Positions 36,167 through 49,260 of a stretch of 64,000 bases of DNA are shown piece after piece; the first letter of the stretch is position 1; the number at the start of each line of letters is the position of its first letter. Under the pieces are notes generated by a model, which did not search any database, was not told where the DNA came from, and worked only from the letters and a program-made list of their open reading frames with translations. The stretch comes from Eledone cirrhosa (Eukaryota), in the NCBI GenBank assembly GCA_964016885.1, contig OZ024740.1:143220001-143284000 (forward strand), in the 5' to 3' direction. Both the position numbers and the translations under genes were made by a program.

Positions 36167-38119
36167 CAGTGCATTCATGTAACACTTGTTTGAGTGATCA
36201 ATGAACCACAAATGAGCTGAAAGGAAGCAGATGTTTTGTGAAAAAGAGAAAACTACACTGGTACAGGGAAGTGATGCATATGAAGGATGTCAGTTGTACA
36301 GAGAAGTGCCAGGTGCTCTAATTATATGGAAAGTGTGGAAGAGGGAACCCAAGGAAGACATTAGCTAAAGTTGTAAATATTAATTTCAGGTGTCTACACC
36401 TAATGAAGGAGATAACAAGGAATTATGACTTGTGGCAAAGTGCTGTGCTGGAGAGGAATCATCCAACCCTTGCAAGCATAAAAAATGGGCATACATTTAT
36501 GAGGGACATGGCAGTGATCCAGTAATGGTGAATGAATGAACAAAGATATATGGTAGGAAGTACTTTTTAGTCTTACTGGAGATAAAGCAACCTCTATATT
36601 GCTGGAACAATGATAAAATGTTCTCAGCATACTCTGTAAAGTAGTTGTTGAATGAATAGAGACAATGTAGGATAGAGACAACTCATATAAATCCTGCTGA
36701 GGATAGTGTAACTTCTCTAGTGCTGATGCAATGGTAAAATGTACCCAATACACTTTGTTATGTGATTGGAATAAGTAGAGCTTTCAGATGCTGGAACCCA
36801 ACTAAAACTGAAAAGTACGGAGGTCAGTAACTTTGAATAACAACTGATTGGGTTGCAACAACCTGTCCAAACCTCTGCAAGCATGGAAAAAATAATGATC
36901 ATGATGATGGACAATAATCAGTGAAAGAAAAGTTCCCCTTTGTTATTCACAGGTATAAATCCTTAAGTGTCTGAGTAATTTCTGAAGTGTAAGTTGTTTC
37001 TCAGAGCTGGACATGTGATTCCTTGTTCTTTAGTATGAAAGACAGCTCTGCTATTGTCTATTGCCATGTGAACAATCTTTCTAGTTCACAAAAGGTAATG
37101 AACCTTGTTTTTCCAGGCCAGATATCATACATGTAATCACCTAATCACATTGAAATTGTTTAATAGATATTTTAGCCTGGTATTTAATTTAGATCAGACA
37201 GAAATGTTCCCAAGCAAGTTTCTCATTTATGTTTCTCACACAATCTTTTGTTTTTCTTTTTATATTTGTCTACATATATATATATATATACACATACATC
37301 CTGAAAATGCATTTATGACTTGCATATCCATTATGCAACTTGTGGTGCAGCTTCCTGGATTCCCAGAAAGCTATCAAAGATTTTTATCGATTTTTATTGA
37401 TTCCTATCTACTCGAGACGGTCCAGGTTAGTATTCGACCTGTTTGTATAGTACAACCCTATTCATGGTTGACATATAAGTAAGCATTTGGTCACTTTTCT
37501 TGGTGTCACACTTTCTTAACTTGGTGTTCATTCTGGACGAAAATGTATTAAATCATTTTATCATCATTGAGTACTTTGTGACTGCCCCAAACTATTCGAT
37601 TGGTATCTTCTATATTATATATGTGTGTGTAATATATATGTATGTATGATAAATGTAACAGTATTTAAATGTTTGCATTCTAGAACTTGACAAGTGGTAT
37701 ATATATCATTTAATGGTAGGTGGATGGAAAAACTAATGAAGGATCCATCATCTTAGCAACAGATAACATGTTGTTAGTAATATAATAAAAACCTCCAGCA
37801 TTTCAGCAAGTTATCTCAAATCAGGTCTGGTGACTGGTCAAGAATTGTTTACCTATCATCTATTTAATCAGCATATGAACAATTTGGCCTGCCTCTTACT
37901 CAGGTTTCCATACTGTGTTATGAAAAAAATTATAATAAATTTTTGTACTCACCCATCTCTAATATTTTTGGTCACACCCCAAGACTCAGGAAAGGATAAT
38001 AGTAATTATTTCTAAATATACCAAAAAGTAAAAAAAAAAATGGTTTAAACAAAAATAATTATGAATATAGTTTAAATAAATACAATTAGAAACTTAATTT
38101 AGACAACAATATATTTTCC

Positions 38120-40100
38120 AACAAAATGGAGAAACTCTCCAAATATAAAGATCTAGAGATAGAAATAACTCAAATGTGGAAAATGAAAACAGAAACAATA
38201 CCGATAATAATAGGTGCTCTGGGAATGATAAAAATAACACTCAGAAAAATACATAACCAAAACCCCAGGACTTACAAATATATACAGCATACAAAAAATT
38301 GCCTTCAAAAGAATTGGTGAAAGCATCAACTACCACCCATACTTGAACAAGGCCACATCTCAATTTTGTGGAACTTTAGCATCCAAACAGACCGAAAGAT
38401 AGATGCAAATAGACCTGATATAATACTAAAGGACTTTAAAAAGAGGGTATGCCTGTTAATTGATATGTCCGTTCCTATAGACATGAATGTATCTATAAAA
38501 ACATTTGAAAAATTGAGCAAGTATAAAGACCTGGAGATAGAGATTGGAAAAATGTGGAAGTTAAGAACTAAAACAATACTAGTGGTGTGGGTGCTCTAGG
38601 AATGATACCTAAGGGGTCTAATGATTACTTATCCCAAATCCCAGGAAACCCGCATATAGAAGAAATACAAAAGATAGTACTAATGGGAACTGCCCATATA
38701 CTAAGAAAGATTCTGTCAATATAAATACAGCACAAGTCTAAACACCTAAAGATACGTGTATGTATGTATGTTCTTTCTTAAACATGGTGGACTTTATTGT
38801 CTCTTGAGGTCACTGATTGTGACTTGGTGATAACTCATATGAGCATAAAGCAAGATAAATGAAAAAACATAAAAAAATAAAAAAATAATAATAATAATAA
38901 TTGTTTCTACTTTTGGCACAAGGCCAGCAATTTCCCAGTGTATTACTGGTACTTTATTTTATCGACCCCGTAAGGATGAAAGGCAAAGTTAACCTCGGCG
39001 GGATTTGAACTCAGAATGGCAAGGGCCGTAACTCTATGCGTCAAAGCATGGCGTCCGACCCTCTACCGATACTGCCAATATAATGCCAAAGAGCAGGCCC
39101 TTAGAACGAAGTGGGTGAAACACCATATTTACAAGGAGACTAGCCCACTGTGTAGGATCTGTGGAGAGAGAGAGGAGACTGTGGCTCACATTGTATCCGA
39201 GTGTAAACACCTAGCCCAGACTCACTATAAAGGCTGGAGACATAATGTGATGGGCAGGGTGATCTACTGGCATCTATGCAAAGTAAACAATTTACCACAT
39301 TCTGAGAAGTGGTATGAGCATAAGCCAGAGTCGGTGATTGAAAACGATCAGGTGAAGGTGCTATGGGATTTTAGGATACAGACGGACAAGAAATTAGAAC
39401 ACAATAGGCCTGACCTGGTGGTTTTGGATAAGGAAAAAAGATTGAGCCTGATTGTAGATGTAGCCTGCCCATTTGACACGAGAGTGCAAGAAAAGGAGAG
39501 GGAGAAAATTAACCGATACCAGGACTTAAAGTGGGAGGTAAAAAGGATTTGGAACTACCATGAAGTCAAGGTCGTCCCAATTGTCATAGGCGCACTAGGT
39601 ACTATCTCAAAGAGTTTCCAATGATGGTTAAAGAAGATTAGTCCAGCCCCGCTTTTTGGAACACTTCAAAAGGCATGCTTGCTGGGAACAGCAAGAACCC
39701 TCCGATACGTCCTGAATATCTGAGGCTGCAGGTAGTGGCTTGATATTCATTTCAACAAACTTTCCAGTTAAATAACATCAATGACTGAGGCTCAAAGAAT
39801 AATAATAATATTAATAATAATAATAGTGGGAGTTAAAAAGTATTTGGGACTGTCATGAGATCAAAGTTGTCCACATCATCATAGGAGCACTAGGTACTAT
39901 CTCGAAGAGTTTTCAAGGATTGTTAAACAACATTAGACCAGTCCCCTTTTTTGGAACACTTCAAAAGGTATGCTTCTTGGGAACAGCAAGAACCCTCCAA
40001 TACGTCATGAATATCTGAGGCTGCAGGTAGCAGCTTGATTTTCATTCAAACAAACTTTCCAGTTAAATAACATCAATGACTGAGACTCCAATAATAATAA
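38120..40100 (+). mobile_element. Stack of four R4/Dong-like 3' fragments, most ending in (TAA)n, with a SINE at ~38900-39078
   Basis: KLSKYKDLEIEI..PIIIGALG; WNFSIQTDRKIDANRPDI; CRIC..ETVAHIVSEC..HNRPDLV; and a repeated 3' end at 39826-40100. Confidence 0.88.
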
Positions 40101-40234
40101 TTGTTTCTACGTTAGACACAAGGCCAGCAATTACCCAGTGCATTACTGGTACTTTATTTTATCGACCCTGTAAGGATGAAAGGCAAAGTTAACCTTGGCG
40201 GGATTTGAACTCAGAATGGCAAGGGCTGTAACTC

Positions 40235-43070
40235 ATCATCATCATCATCATCATTTTACGTCCGCTTTTCCCTGCTTGCAAGGGTGGGACGGGTCTTATT
40301 CAGCACAGCATCTCTCCACTCGTCACGGTCCCTCGTCATCTCCACCGTGAGCTTCAATGATCTGAGGTCTGTTCTCACCACCTCCGCCCATGTTTTTCGT
40401 GGTCTACCTCTACCACGTCTTCCTTCAACTGGCATTTCCTGGCACTTCTTCACCCATCGGTCATCCTCCATGCGCATCACATGTCCATACCACCTCAGTC
40501 TCCTCTCCCGTACACTACATTCTATCCCTCTCAGACACAGTTTCTCTCTCAACACATTTATGCTGGGTCGTTCACGCACATTTACACTGCACATCCAATG
40601 GAGCATGCTTGCCTCATTTCTCTCCAGCCGTCGCATATCTTCTGCGGTAGCTGCCCATGTCTCACTACCATGCAGCATCGCGCTCCTCACACAGGCATCA
40701 TACAACCGGCCTTTCGTACGCAGGGAGAAACCCTTCTTCGTCAACAGAGGAAGCAGCTCCCTAAACTTCTTCCAACCCGTCCTTATTCTAGATACTATGG
40801 CCTCGGAACACCCTCCTCCCATGCTAATCTGATCTCCTAGGTACCGGAAGCTATCCACCACTTCTATAGCGCCCTCTCGCATTTGAAAAATGTGTCTATC
40901 AGTGCGACTTCTACTGTCTAATTTCCCTGTACATCTACTGCATACATATTTCTCCCTACCTGTTAGTTTGCCTGCTATCCCGCTACATCTCTTGTGTACC
41001 CAGGACCTACATTGTGTGCATTTTATAGAATTTATGCCAGTTCCTTTTCTGCATATCGAACATGGCCATTTCCCTGACGGAATCAGGGTTTTGTCCTCTT
41101 TTCTACTCATCAACACTTTTGTCTTAGCTAGATTTACTCTCAGTCCTCTTGCTTCCAACTGCTGTTTCCATAGCCGGAATTTATTCTCTAGCTCCTCTAC
41201 TGATTCTGCCATAAGAGCCAGATCGTCAGCATAGAGAAGTTCCCATGGACAGCCAGTCTTAAACTCCTCTGTTATGGCTTGGAGGACTATAATGAACAAG
41301 AGCGGGCTGAGGACCGAACCCTGATGTACTCCTACTTGTATCTGGAATTCCTCACTAAACTCCATTCCTACCCTGACTTTACTGAGAGTACCTCTGTACA
41401 AAGTTTGCACTGTCCTTACAAGCCATTCCTCAACACCCAGCTTCCTTAGGGACCACCAGATGACAGATCGGGGTACCCTATCAAAGGCCTTCTCTAGGTC
41501 AACAAAGGCTAAGTATAGTGGCTTATTCTTCTCTAAGAACCTCTCTTGCATTTGTCTCACCAAGAAGAGGGCATCTGTTGTACTCTTCCCAGGCACAAAA
41601 CCAAACTGCATCTCATCTAGTTTGACCCTTTCTCTAATTAGTTGTGCTAGAATCCTTTCTGCCACTTTCATAACCTGATCTATCAGTTTTATACCCCTAT
41701 AATTGCTCCTCTCCAAAGCATCCCCTTTACCTTTGTAGCAATTTATGAGAATACTGCTGCACCAGTCTTTGGGTATGACACCACCATATATAGCCTGATT
41801 GATTATGCGTGCAACCAGTTTAGTGCCTACGTCCCCTGATGCCTTCAGCATCTCAGCAACTATTCCCGATGGTCCGGCCGCCTTACCATTTTTCATTTCC
41901 CTAATCGCCTCTTGGACCCTATATTCGTCAATCTCAATAGCTGGTCCCTCTGTCGGATCTACCAAGGGTAATTTCTCTCTCTCCCATTCGTTCTCCACAT
42001 TCATCAGTCTCTCATAATGACATTTCCAGGCCTCCTTTTTCTGGTCATTCGTGACACTAAGTACACCGGCATCATCCCGGACACATTTATCACCAACAAC
42101 ATCCTGATTTGCATTGACACACTGCCTTGCAATGTGGAACACCGCACGCCTCTGATCTTCCCGTCGCAGAACATTGGCAAACCTCCTACTCTCTGCCTCC
42201 CTGCGTGCTAAGTACACCTGACGTCTAGCTTCTCTCTTAGTGGCTGTATATTCTTCCCTACTCCCACCCTTATTCCAAGCCTTCCATGCTAGTCTTTTGT
42301 CTCTAATAGCCTTATCTACACTGCTGTTCCACCACCAGGTCACTCTCTGTCTGGTTGGAGCTCTGCTCCAGCCACAGGTTTCATCGGTAGCCTTCAGCAA
42401 GTTGTCACGTAAGAACTTCCAGTTATTATCTATGTCATACGTCTCTAAATCGTCTTCTTTTTCGTCATATACATCTTGAAGGGCTTTCCTAAATTTGAAT
42501 TTTAGTGAAAGGTCTTTTAGCTTCCAGACCTTTCTTCTCCACACCTTCCTATATGTCTCATTCCATCTCTTGCTTACTGAGATATCACTAACAACTAACC
42601 TATGCTGTGGGGTACATTCTTCCCCAGGGTATGCCTTGGTATTAGACACTATCTGCCTGTCCCGCTGCCTAACTAGCAGGAAGTCAATCTGGCTTATGTG
42701 CTCACCAGATTTGTAGGTTATTAGGTGATTGGCAGGTTTCTGGAAGTTTGTGTTGCAAATAGTCAATGTACTTGCATCACAAAATTCAAGAAGTCTCACT
42801 CCTTCTTCATTTCTTGAACCGTAACCGTGCCCACCATGTACCCCAGTGTAACCATCCTGGAGCTGTCCAACATGACCATTGAAGTCTCCTGCTAGCATAA
42901 CGATGTCTCCGTCCTCTGTCATTGTGGTTGTTTGCAAAAGTTGCTCATAAAAGCAGTCTTTCTCATCTTTGCCTAGGCCTGCTTGGGGAGCATAGACCGA
43001 GATGATTGTCAGTAGTCTCCTACCTACAACTAATCTAAGCTTAATTATTCGATTACTAACTCGAACTACT
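40235..43070 (-). mobile_element. Young RTE LINE, 5'-truncated within the endonuclease, inserted into a SINE
   Basis: (GAT)n tail at 40235-40253. The SINE sequence GGGCTGTAACTC|TATACGTCAAAGCATGG is split across the two flanks. Confidence 0.95.
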
Positions 43071-43081
43071 CTATACGTCAA
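40256..43081 (-). CDS. RTE ORF2: partial AP endonuclease, reverse transcriptase, PHD-type finger, C-terminal domain (open 941 codons)
   Basis: SVYAPQ, GDFNGHVG, SQIDFLL, QHRLV; NYRGIKL, AFVDLEKAFDRV, HQGSVLSP, LLYADD; C4-H-C3 finger; RLRWYGHV. The first codons come from the flanking SINE, so there is no native start. Confidence 0.9.
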   Translation of the reverse strand: MTYRVVRVSNRIIKLRLVVGRRLLTIISVYAPQAGLGKDEKDCFYEQLLQTTTMTEDGDIVMLAGDFNGHVGQLQDGYTGVHGGHGYGSRNEEGVRLLEFCDASTLTICNTNFQKPANHLITYKSGEHISQIDFLLVRQRDRQIVSNTKAYPGEECTPQHRLVVSDISVSKRWNETYRKVWRRKVWKLKDLSLKFKFRKALQDVYDEKEDDLETYDIDNNWKFLRDNLLKATDETCGWSRAPTRQRVTWWWNSSVDKAIRDKRLAWKAWNKGGSREEYTATKREARRQVYLARREAESRRFANVLRREDQRRAVFHIARQCVNANQDVVGDKCVRDDAGVLSVTNDQKKEAWKCHYERLMNVENEWEREKLPLVDPTEGPAIEIDEYRVQEAIREMKNGKAAGPSGIVAEMLKASGDVGTKLVARIINQAIYGGVIPKDWCSSILINCYKGKGDALERSNYRGIKLIDQVMKVAERILAQLIRERVKLDEMQFGFVPGKSTTDALFLVRQMQERFLEKNKPLYLAFVDLEKAFDRVPRSVIWWSLRKLGVEEWLVRTVQTLYRGTLSKVRVGMEFSEEFQIQVGVHQGSVLSPLLFIIVLQAITEEFKTGCPWELLYADDLALMAESVEELENKFRLWKQQLEARGLRVNLAKTKVLMSRKEDKTLIPSGKWPCSICRKGTGINSIKCTQCRSWVHKRCSGIAGKLTGREKYVCSRCTGKLDSRSRTDRHIFQMREGAIEVVDSFRYLGDQISMGGGCSEAIVSRIRTGWKKFRELLPLLTKKGFSLRTKGRLYDACVRSAMLHGSETWAATAEDMRRLERNEASMLHWMCSVNVRERPSINVLREKLCLRGIECSVRERRLRWYGHVMRMEDDRWVKKCQEMPVEGRRGRGRPRKTWAEVVRTDLRSLKLTVEMTRDRDEWRDAVLNKTRPTLASREKRT

Positions 43082-43394
43082 AGCATGGTGTCTGATCCTT
43101 TACCGATACTGCCAATCCACCACCCTGATAATAATAATTATTATTTCTACTTTTAGCACAAGGCCAGCAATTACCCAGTATATTACTGGTACTTTATTTT
43201 ATCGAACCCCGTAAGGATGAAAGGCAAAGTTAACCTCGGCGGGATTTGAACCCAGACCATAAAGGGCCGTAACTTTTTGCTGCAAAGCATGGCGTCAGAC
43301 CCTCTACCGATACTGCCAATCCACCACCAATAATAATAATAATAATAATGATTTCTACTATAGGCACAAAGCCTAATAATAATAATGATAATAG

Positions 43395-44660
43395 TTGTTA
43401 AATCAAAAAAAAGTTTGAGAACAATGGCATTAATAGGACTGGAACTCTTGATGGGGAAGGTACTGTGCCTGGCAGACTTGGAGTACCTGGTCCGGCTCCA
43501 GCAGGGCGTTATTCAGTAATGGACCAGAAAACACGACGGAGGTGGAGTAAACAAGTAAATGTTCTGGTCATGGAGTGTTACTACTTGAGCAATCATGTAG
43601 ATGAAAATGGAGTCCCTATCAAAGGATACTGACAACTAATGCATGAAAAATGGAGAGAAAGAGGTTTGTTTCAACTCACAGAGCAGAGGTTGTGTGTCCA
43701 AGCCAGAGCAATAAGAAAAAGTCATTGGTTGACAGAAGTGGAATTTGAAGCTATTAAAAGGTGGGTATCAGGAAACAGCAGTGAAAGAAATGGTGAAGGT
43801 AAAGGTCTTACTGAGGAAAGGGAAACTACAGCAGCGGACAAGGGTGAAGAGATTTCTGGTAACCCACAGAAACAGGGTAGAGATGATCTGTCTGGTGAGA
43901 GAAATATAGATGGTATAGAGGACAATGAAATTAATGAAAATATGACAAGTGAACAGAAGGCATGTATGACAGAATAAAAACAAGGTTACAGGGGGACAAT
44001 AGGAATCTTATTTGCAACCTAAAGAAAGTTGTCCTATGCAAGCTGAACCAAGAAACATATAAGGTGAATGAAGTTCTGAAATACAGGAGGGGGAGCTTAG
44101 AAATGAAAAAAAATACAGAGCGCTGGAAAGAAAGTATGGTATTGAAAACACAGGCCTAAAAGTAGAAATGGAGGAACTCAAGCAACGTCTAATAGCAAAA
44201 AATAAAAAGCAAGGATAGTTAGATACGAACAAAGAATAAAGAAATATCAGCAAAATAGACTATTCAGAGTAGACCAAAAGAAATCTTACCAAGAAATAAA
44301 TGGAGAGTGTACAGATGAAGGGACCGGATAACATAGAAAGTCAAAAGTTTTGGAGTGACATTCGAAGTAAAGAGAAGGACACTGAATGATGAACATAAAC
44401 AAATAAGTTTGCCCACAACAAGCAGAACTAGTCATTTCAAATAGGGACATGAAGGAAGCCAGAAAAAAGATGAGCAATTGGAAGTCTCCAGGACTAAATG
44501 AAGTTCAAGGCTACTGGATTGAAAGATTTAGTCAATGACATGAACAAATAACTGAAAAACTCAACACATTGCTAAATGCTGATCAAGTGATACTGGAGTG
44601 GCTGACAAAGGACAGGACAGTTTTGTGCTTAAAGATATCACTAAAGTGAATGCGGTAGAC
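43395..44660 (+). mobile_element. R4/Dong-like element, degraded 5' portion
   Basis: RWSKQVNVLVMECYY..., MHEKWRERGLFQLTEQRLCVQARAIRK and SNWKSPGLNEVQGYWI. It starts after (TAA)n. Confidence 0.75.
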
Positions 44661-45464
44661 AATAAAACACTGCTTATGATTATCAATTCATTTTGAAATA
44701 AAAAATTTCAATGGATTTAGTCATATAATTAATTTTCTCATTGTTAATCTGGTTTGGAGCATTACTTAGCAAAGGTTCTTGCATAAAATTAAGGGTGGTT
44801 TCAAGCAATTTGTATTTCAAAAGGGTTAAAAATAAATGGAAATAGATTGTTAATAAGCCTTAATGTTTTAACAAACATACCTTAAATGATGAGTACCTGT
44901 ATAGATTTACACAAATGTTCTTACACTTTCGATGATGCAATTAGTATATGTTGATCTAAACAACAGATTTACACAACCACTCTATTAAAAAAGTCTGTCA
45001 GAGTCTGAGTCTATCAACTATCAGGAGATTATTATATATATAGGAAGTTCAACCCACGCTAACATTGAAAAACAGATGATGATGATATAGCCTTTAAAAT
45101 TTGAATAATATTCACCTGTATAAAAACCTGTTTTTATTCTTGAACTTCATTAATTAGGTTTAACACGTGAATTTAAATTTAGATCATTACCCCTTTCTGA
45201 ACACCTGACATCCTACTCATGTGCAGATCAGAAGTTAGTCCAGCATGTCCTATTATTATAATTCTCATAATTTTTAACAGTGAGAATTTATGAGGACATT
45301 TTCATTACTATAGAAAAAAACAATTACATATAAAAGAATATATATGCAAATATATCAATAAAATAACTAAGGACTACTAATTATAGAAAAAAGAAAATTA
45401 TACTATTTATGAGACTGCAAACCATTATCGTTTTTTTTTTATTTTATTGTATTTTATTTATCTA

Positions 45465-45502
<38 letters not shown>

Positions 45503-46727
45503 CTTCGTATGTATTAAATAAAACTGTGTATGAAGATAGTGATCTGTAGCAACATCTCAACATTGTGTTTCTCCCTTCCCCTTCCACAAGACCATAAAAC
45601 CTTTCTTTACCATATTTCTAATGAAAGACACTGTCCACAATTTTCAAATAATTTTGAAAATAATCAAACATATGAAGAGATTTAGTAAAACTAACTTTCT
45701 CAGTATTGAAACATAACAGAGGTTTTTCTATAAAATTATGATGGAAAGTTGTTAAATAAATATATACACTTTAAAATAAGCAATTTTGTATTGCAAAACC
45801 AAGGGTGATTGCAGGTTCAGAAGGAGAACTCTCATAAAAATAGTGTTCTGTTTATCAGATCCCGAGAAAATGTATGAAACTGAACTAGGCATTGCAAGTG
45901 GTCTTCATTGATTTCTCAAAGGCATTTGATATGGTTAAGTAGTCAAATCTGTAGCAATTTTAGAATACGTATAGTTTTATATAGTTTCAACTTTGTGATA
46001 AGCAATTATCATGGTTCAAAAATAAAAAAAAATGTGCATTTTTGCACTTTTTCCACGTTTAACCACCTTGGTACACTGAAAATCAGGTCTTTCAGTAACA
46101 GAATTCAAGTGTTCTGTCCAGTTTTTAAGCCATACTAAATAATTAGAGAAGGTGGCGTGCTCAACAGTTAGTGTTGTTCAGTAACAGCCACCTAAACTTT
46201 GAGTCTTTTCAAAAATAGCCCCCAAGACCCAGATTTTTCAAACATTCAGTTAACATTTTCTTTAGAATAGGCAACTTAAAGCAATTGGCTTTTAGTGTTT
46301 GAGAGACCTCAAATGTGGAGATTAAAGAAATCAAGTTCTAGAGGCATGTGATAAAGGCCACTTGGAGTACTAGGCTTCTAAAAATCAAATAAATTCAAGA
46401 TTTTGAAAATTGCCTAAATCTTTAAATTACCATAAAATCTAATTGATAAGCGCTATGGAGCAAATATTTTCAGGAATTACTTCTCTCATGGATACCAATA
46501 AATGTTGAAAATCTGAAGACCTTCGAGATGGACCCCTGTTGAATTTCACTGGAATTACCCTTATGCAGTTACATTCCCCTCTGGATAATTTAACTTTGCA
46601 GTAGCAGTCAAGCAAGACTATGCATATCACCATCATTTTTCTCACTCTATCTGTCAGTGATGCTCAAGATATTCCATGACTGAAGATGTATACATAGAGG
46701 CAAGACCTGATGTTAACATATCTAAGA

Positions 46728-47249
46728 CTAGCTGAGGTACCCGGCTTCATCCGGGAGAACAGTTGAGAGAAGACAGATAAAAGAGAAAATGACTGTATTG
46801 GATATGTTTTCTAGTATGAGATGAGACCATAATGTGTGTGTGTGAGAGAGAGACATAAAAAAAAAAACAATCATAAAACTTCTTTATTAGGCTGGGAGAG
46901 TAAATTGCCGATTAAATGGTAGCATCGGCCTTGGATTTTAAACGTGAAATAACCAGTCAGTATGATCTTTTTCAGCTCCAAAGGACGTCATCTTAAACAC
47001 AGCAATATACCGCATAACATTGCTTCTGAAGTATTTAGCTTCATTAGTACAGACTGTAAGTAGTATATGGATAAAAGCTGGAGGGTAGATTAATTTCAAA
47101 TAGTACCAATTTTTCTTTGTTTTTCAAAATGAAAGATTGTAAAACTACTTTATAAAAGCTAACGCAATATTGTTAAACCTTCAACTGATATACTTTGATC
47201 AATAGCAGATCTAGACTTTAAGCAGATTCTAGACTTTTGTAGGACATCA

Positions 47250-47301
<52 letters not shown>

Positions 47302-47895
47302 CTATGGTGGACGAGGTTTAAAGGGCTGAGGTCAGACACCTTTCTCTCTGGCGAGCAACTGATTCGTTTTTTCAAATATCATTTTGGAAGAAGAATCAGG
47401 ATAGAGAGAGAGGTGCTGTACCCCAGCAAATTTTATAAAAGGTGGGTGAATGTGGCAAAGATGGCTCGAGTGGTTGGGCCTTCTCTCTATATAAGCCTGT
47501 AGGTTGAGGAAAAAGAGGAAGAGAGGAAGGGAATACTCACTCTTGGTGTTCCTGGAGATGAGGGTTGTACATTTTTTCGGGGTGTGTACAACCCCTGTGT
47601 AACACCTCCCCCCTATTGGGGATTTCAATTGTTATTTGTTATTGTATTAATAGTTTTATTTTCATATACCTGTATGTAAACTCCCCATTTGTATTTGTCC
47701 CCTTCTTTTGTGTCCTTGTGGCTAATAAAGAAATTTATCTATCTCTCTCTCTCTATCTATCTCTCTCAATATTTAACACTTTAATTGTAACTCTCTCTGT
47801 ATTACGGCCTTGTATTTGTGTGTGTGTGTGAGTGTAGTTTTCATGTGATTCAACCAACCAACCAATAAACATCTCTCTTGTATATAATATATAGA
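46728..47895 (-). mobile_element. Non-autonomous Helitron with a small RepHel remnant
   Basis: A|CTAG plus hairpin CCCGGCTTCATCCGGG at the left end, TATATAGA|T at the right end. 46925-47060 is homologous to 57260-57400. Confidence 0.75.
47305..47737 (+). mobile_element. L1/Tx1-like LINE 3' end nested in a (TC)n/(TCTA)n tract
   Basis: C-terminal-like frame FFKYHFGRRIRIEREVL..F.KRW..., T-rich 3' UTR and AATAAA. Confidence 0.5.
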
Positions 47896-48612
47896 TGTTG
47901 CAGTTCAAAACTAAGACTAAGACCACACTTATGTTAATGAGATAAATGTTGTTTGTTCATGAAATTTTTCTGAACATAAAACGTCTTGGTTGATGAACAT
48001 TGTCTCGAATAATGAACACACAAACTGGTAGCAACAGTTGGCAACAAACTAGGAGTATCAGCAGGAAAGCTTGACTTGCTGTATAGTTAGTTACTATGGA
48101 AATATCTATTAGTCTTTCACACACAGCCATTAGTAGAAATCCCATACATTATAAAATAAATAGGATGGGCTGGAGTCTCAATATGTAAACTTGACGACTA
48201 ATTCTGGTTTTTAAAAAATTCAATGGAGACAACCTAGAAAAATTACCGATTTTCCACCCAGACCCCTGCTTATTTGGGACCCAAGAGTACAACTATTAGC
48301 TGGCAATAAATATTTATCATCCTTGTTAATTTGTTAATCACTTTGTTTTCTCACTTGTAGCGTGTACAATCTCTATATTCTGTTGCAATCTTTTACTGCT
48401 TTTCAGGTGTGATTAAAGTAAAACCTGCTCAGGTTTTTTTGCTAATTGTTTTTTTGTTTTTTTTCAACAATACTAATTGATTGTATTGTGTGAAAAATTC
48501 ACTTAGAAATTTGCACTGAACTGAAATAACACTTTTTATGCATTTGAACCACATGATACTCTAAGTTATATTCTATACTCTTTAACAGAATATGCCAGAG
48601 CCTCAAAGAAAG

Positions 48613-48960
48613 TTGACATGAGAGTGCAAGAAAAGGAGAGGGAGAAAATTAACCGATATCAGGATTTAAAGTGAGAGTTAAAAAGGATTTGGAACTGCCA
48701 TGAGATCAAGGTCATCCCAATTGTCATAGGAGCACTAGGTACTATCTCAAGGAGTTTCCAATGATGGTTAAAGAAGATTAGTCCAGCCCCGTTTTTTGGA
48801 ACACTTCAAAAGGCATGCTTGCTGGGAACAGCAAGAACCCTCCAATACGTCCTGAATGTCTGAGGCTGCAGGTAGTGGCTTGATATTCATTCCAACAAAC
48901 TTTCCAGTCAAATAACATCTGAGACTCAAAGAATAATAATAATATTAATAATAATAATGA
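48613..48960 (+). mobile_element. R4/Dong-like 3' fragment
   Basis: Near-identical to 39473-39825; (TAA)n tail. Confidence 0.88.
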
Positions 48961-48964
48961 AATT

Positions 48965-49260
48965 ATTGTGTACATGTGTGCGTGTATATGGAGGGGTGAT
49001 ATCAGGTGTAGTGTTGGCGTATTTTAGGATGCATGGAGGTTTTAAAGGATGCAGTGTCTCGGCAGCTAACAACTGATGCAGGTAGTTTGTTCCATGCTTC
49101 AGCAACTCTGAGTGTGAAAAAATGTTTCCGAAAGTCATAGGAGCTGTGCTGTTTTCTGACTTTGTTGGCATGCCCACATGTTTTAGACACATGGAAATCA
49201 AAAAGGTGCCCATGGTTGTTGTTGGCAAGATGGTTAATAATTATTTTAATTCCAATCCAA
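48965..49260 (-). mobile_element. CR1-type LINE 3' end
   Basis: TCGHANKVRKQH...RKHFFTLRVAEAWNKLP..VV......FK. Confidence 0.8.

Noticed and set aside
40284-42716. Plus-strand ORFs opposite the RTE ORF (also 2602-3102, 22795-23934, 58974-59258)
   Set aside because: Antisense shadows of RTE coding sequence.
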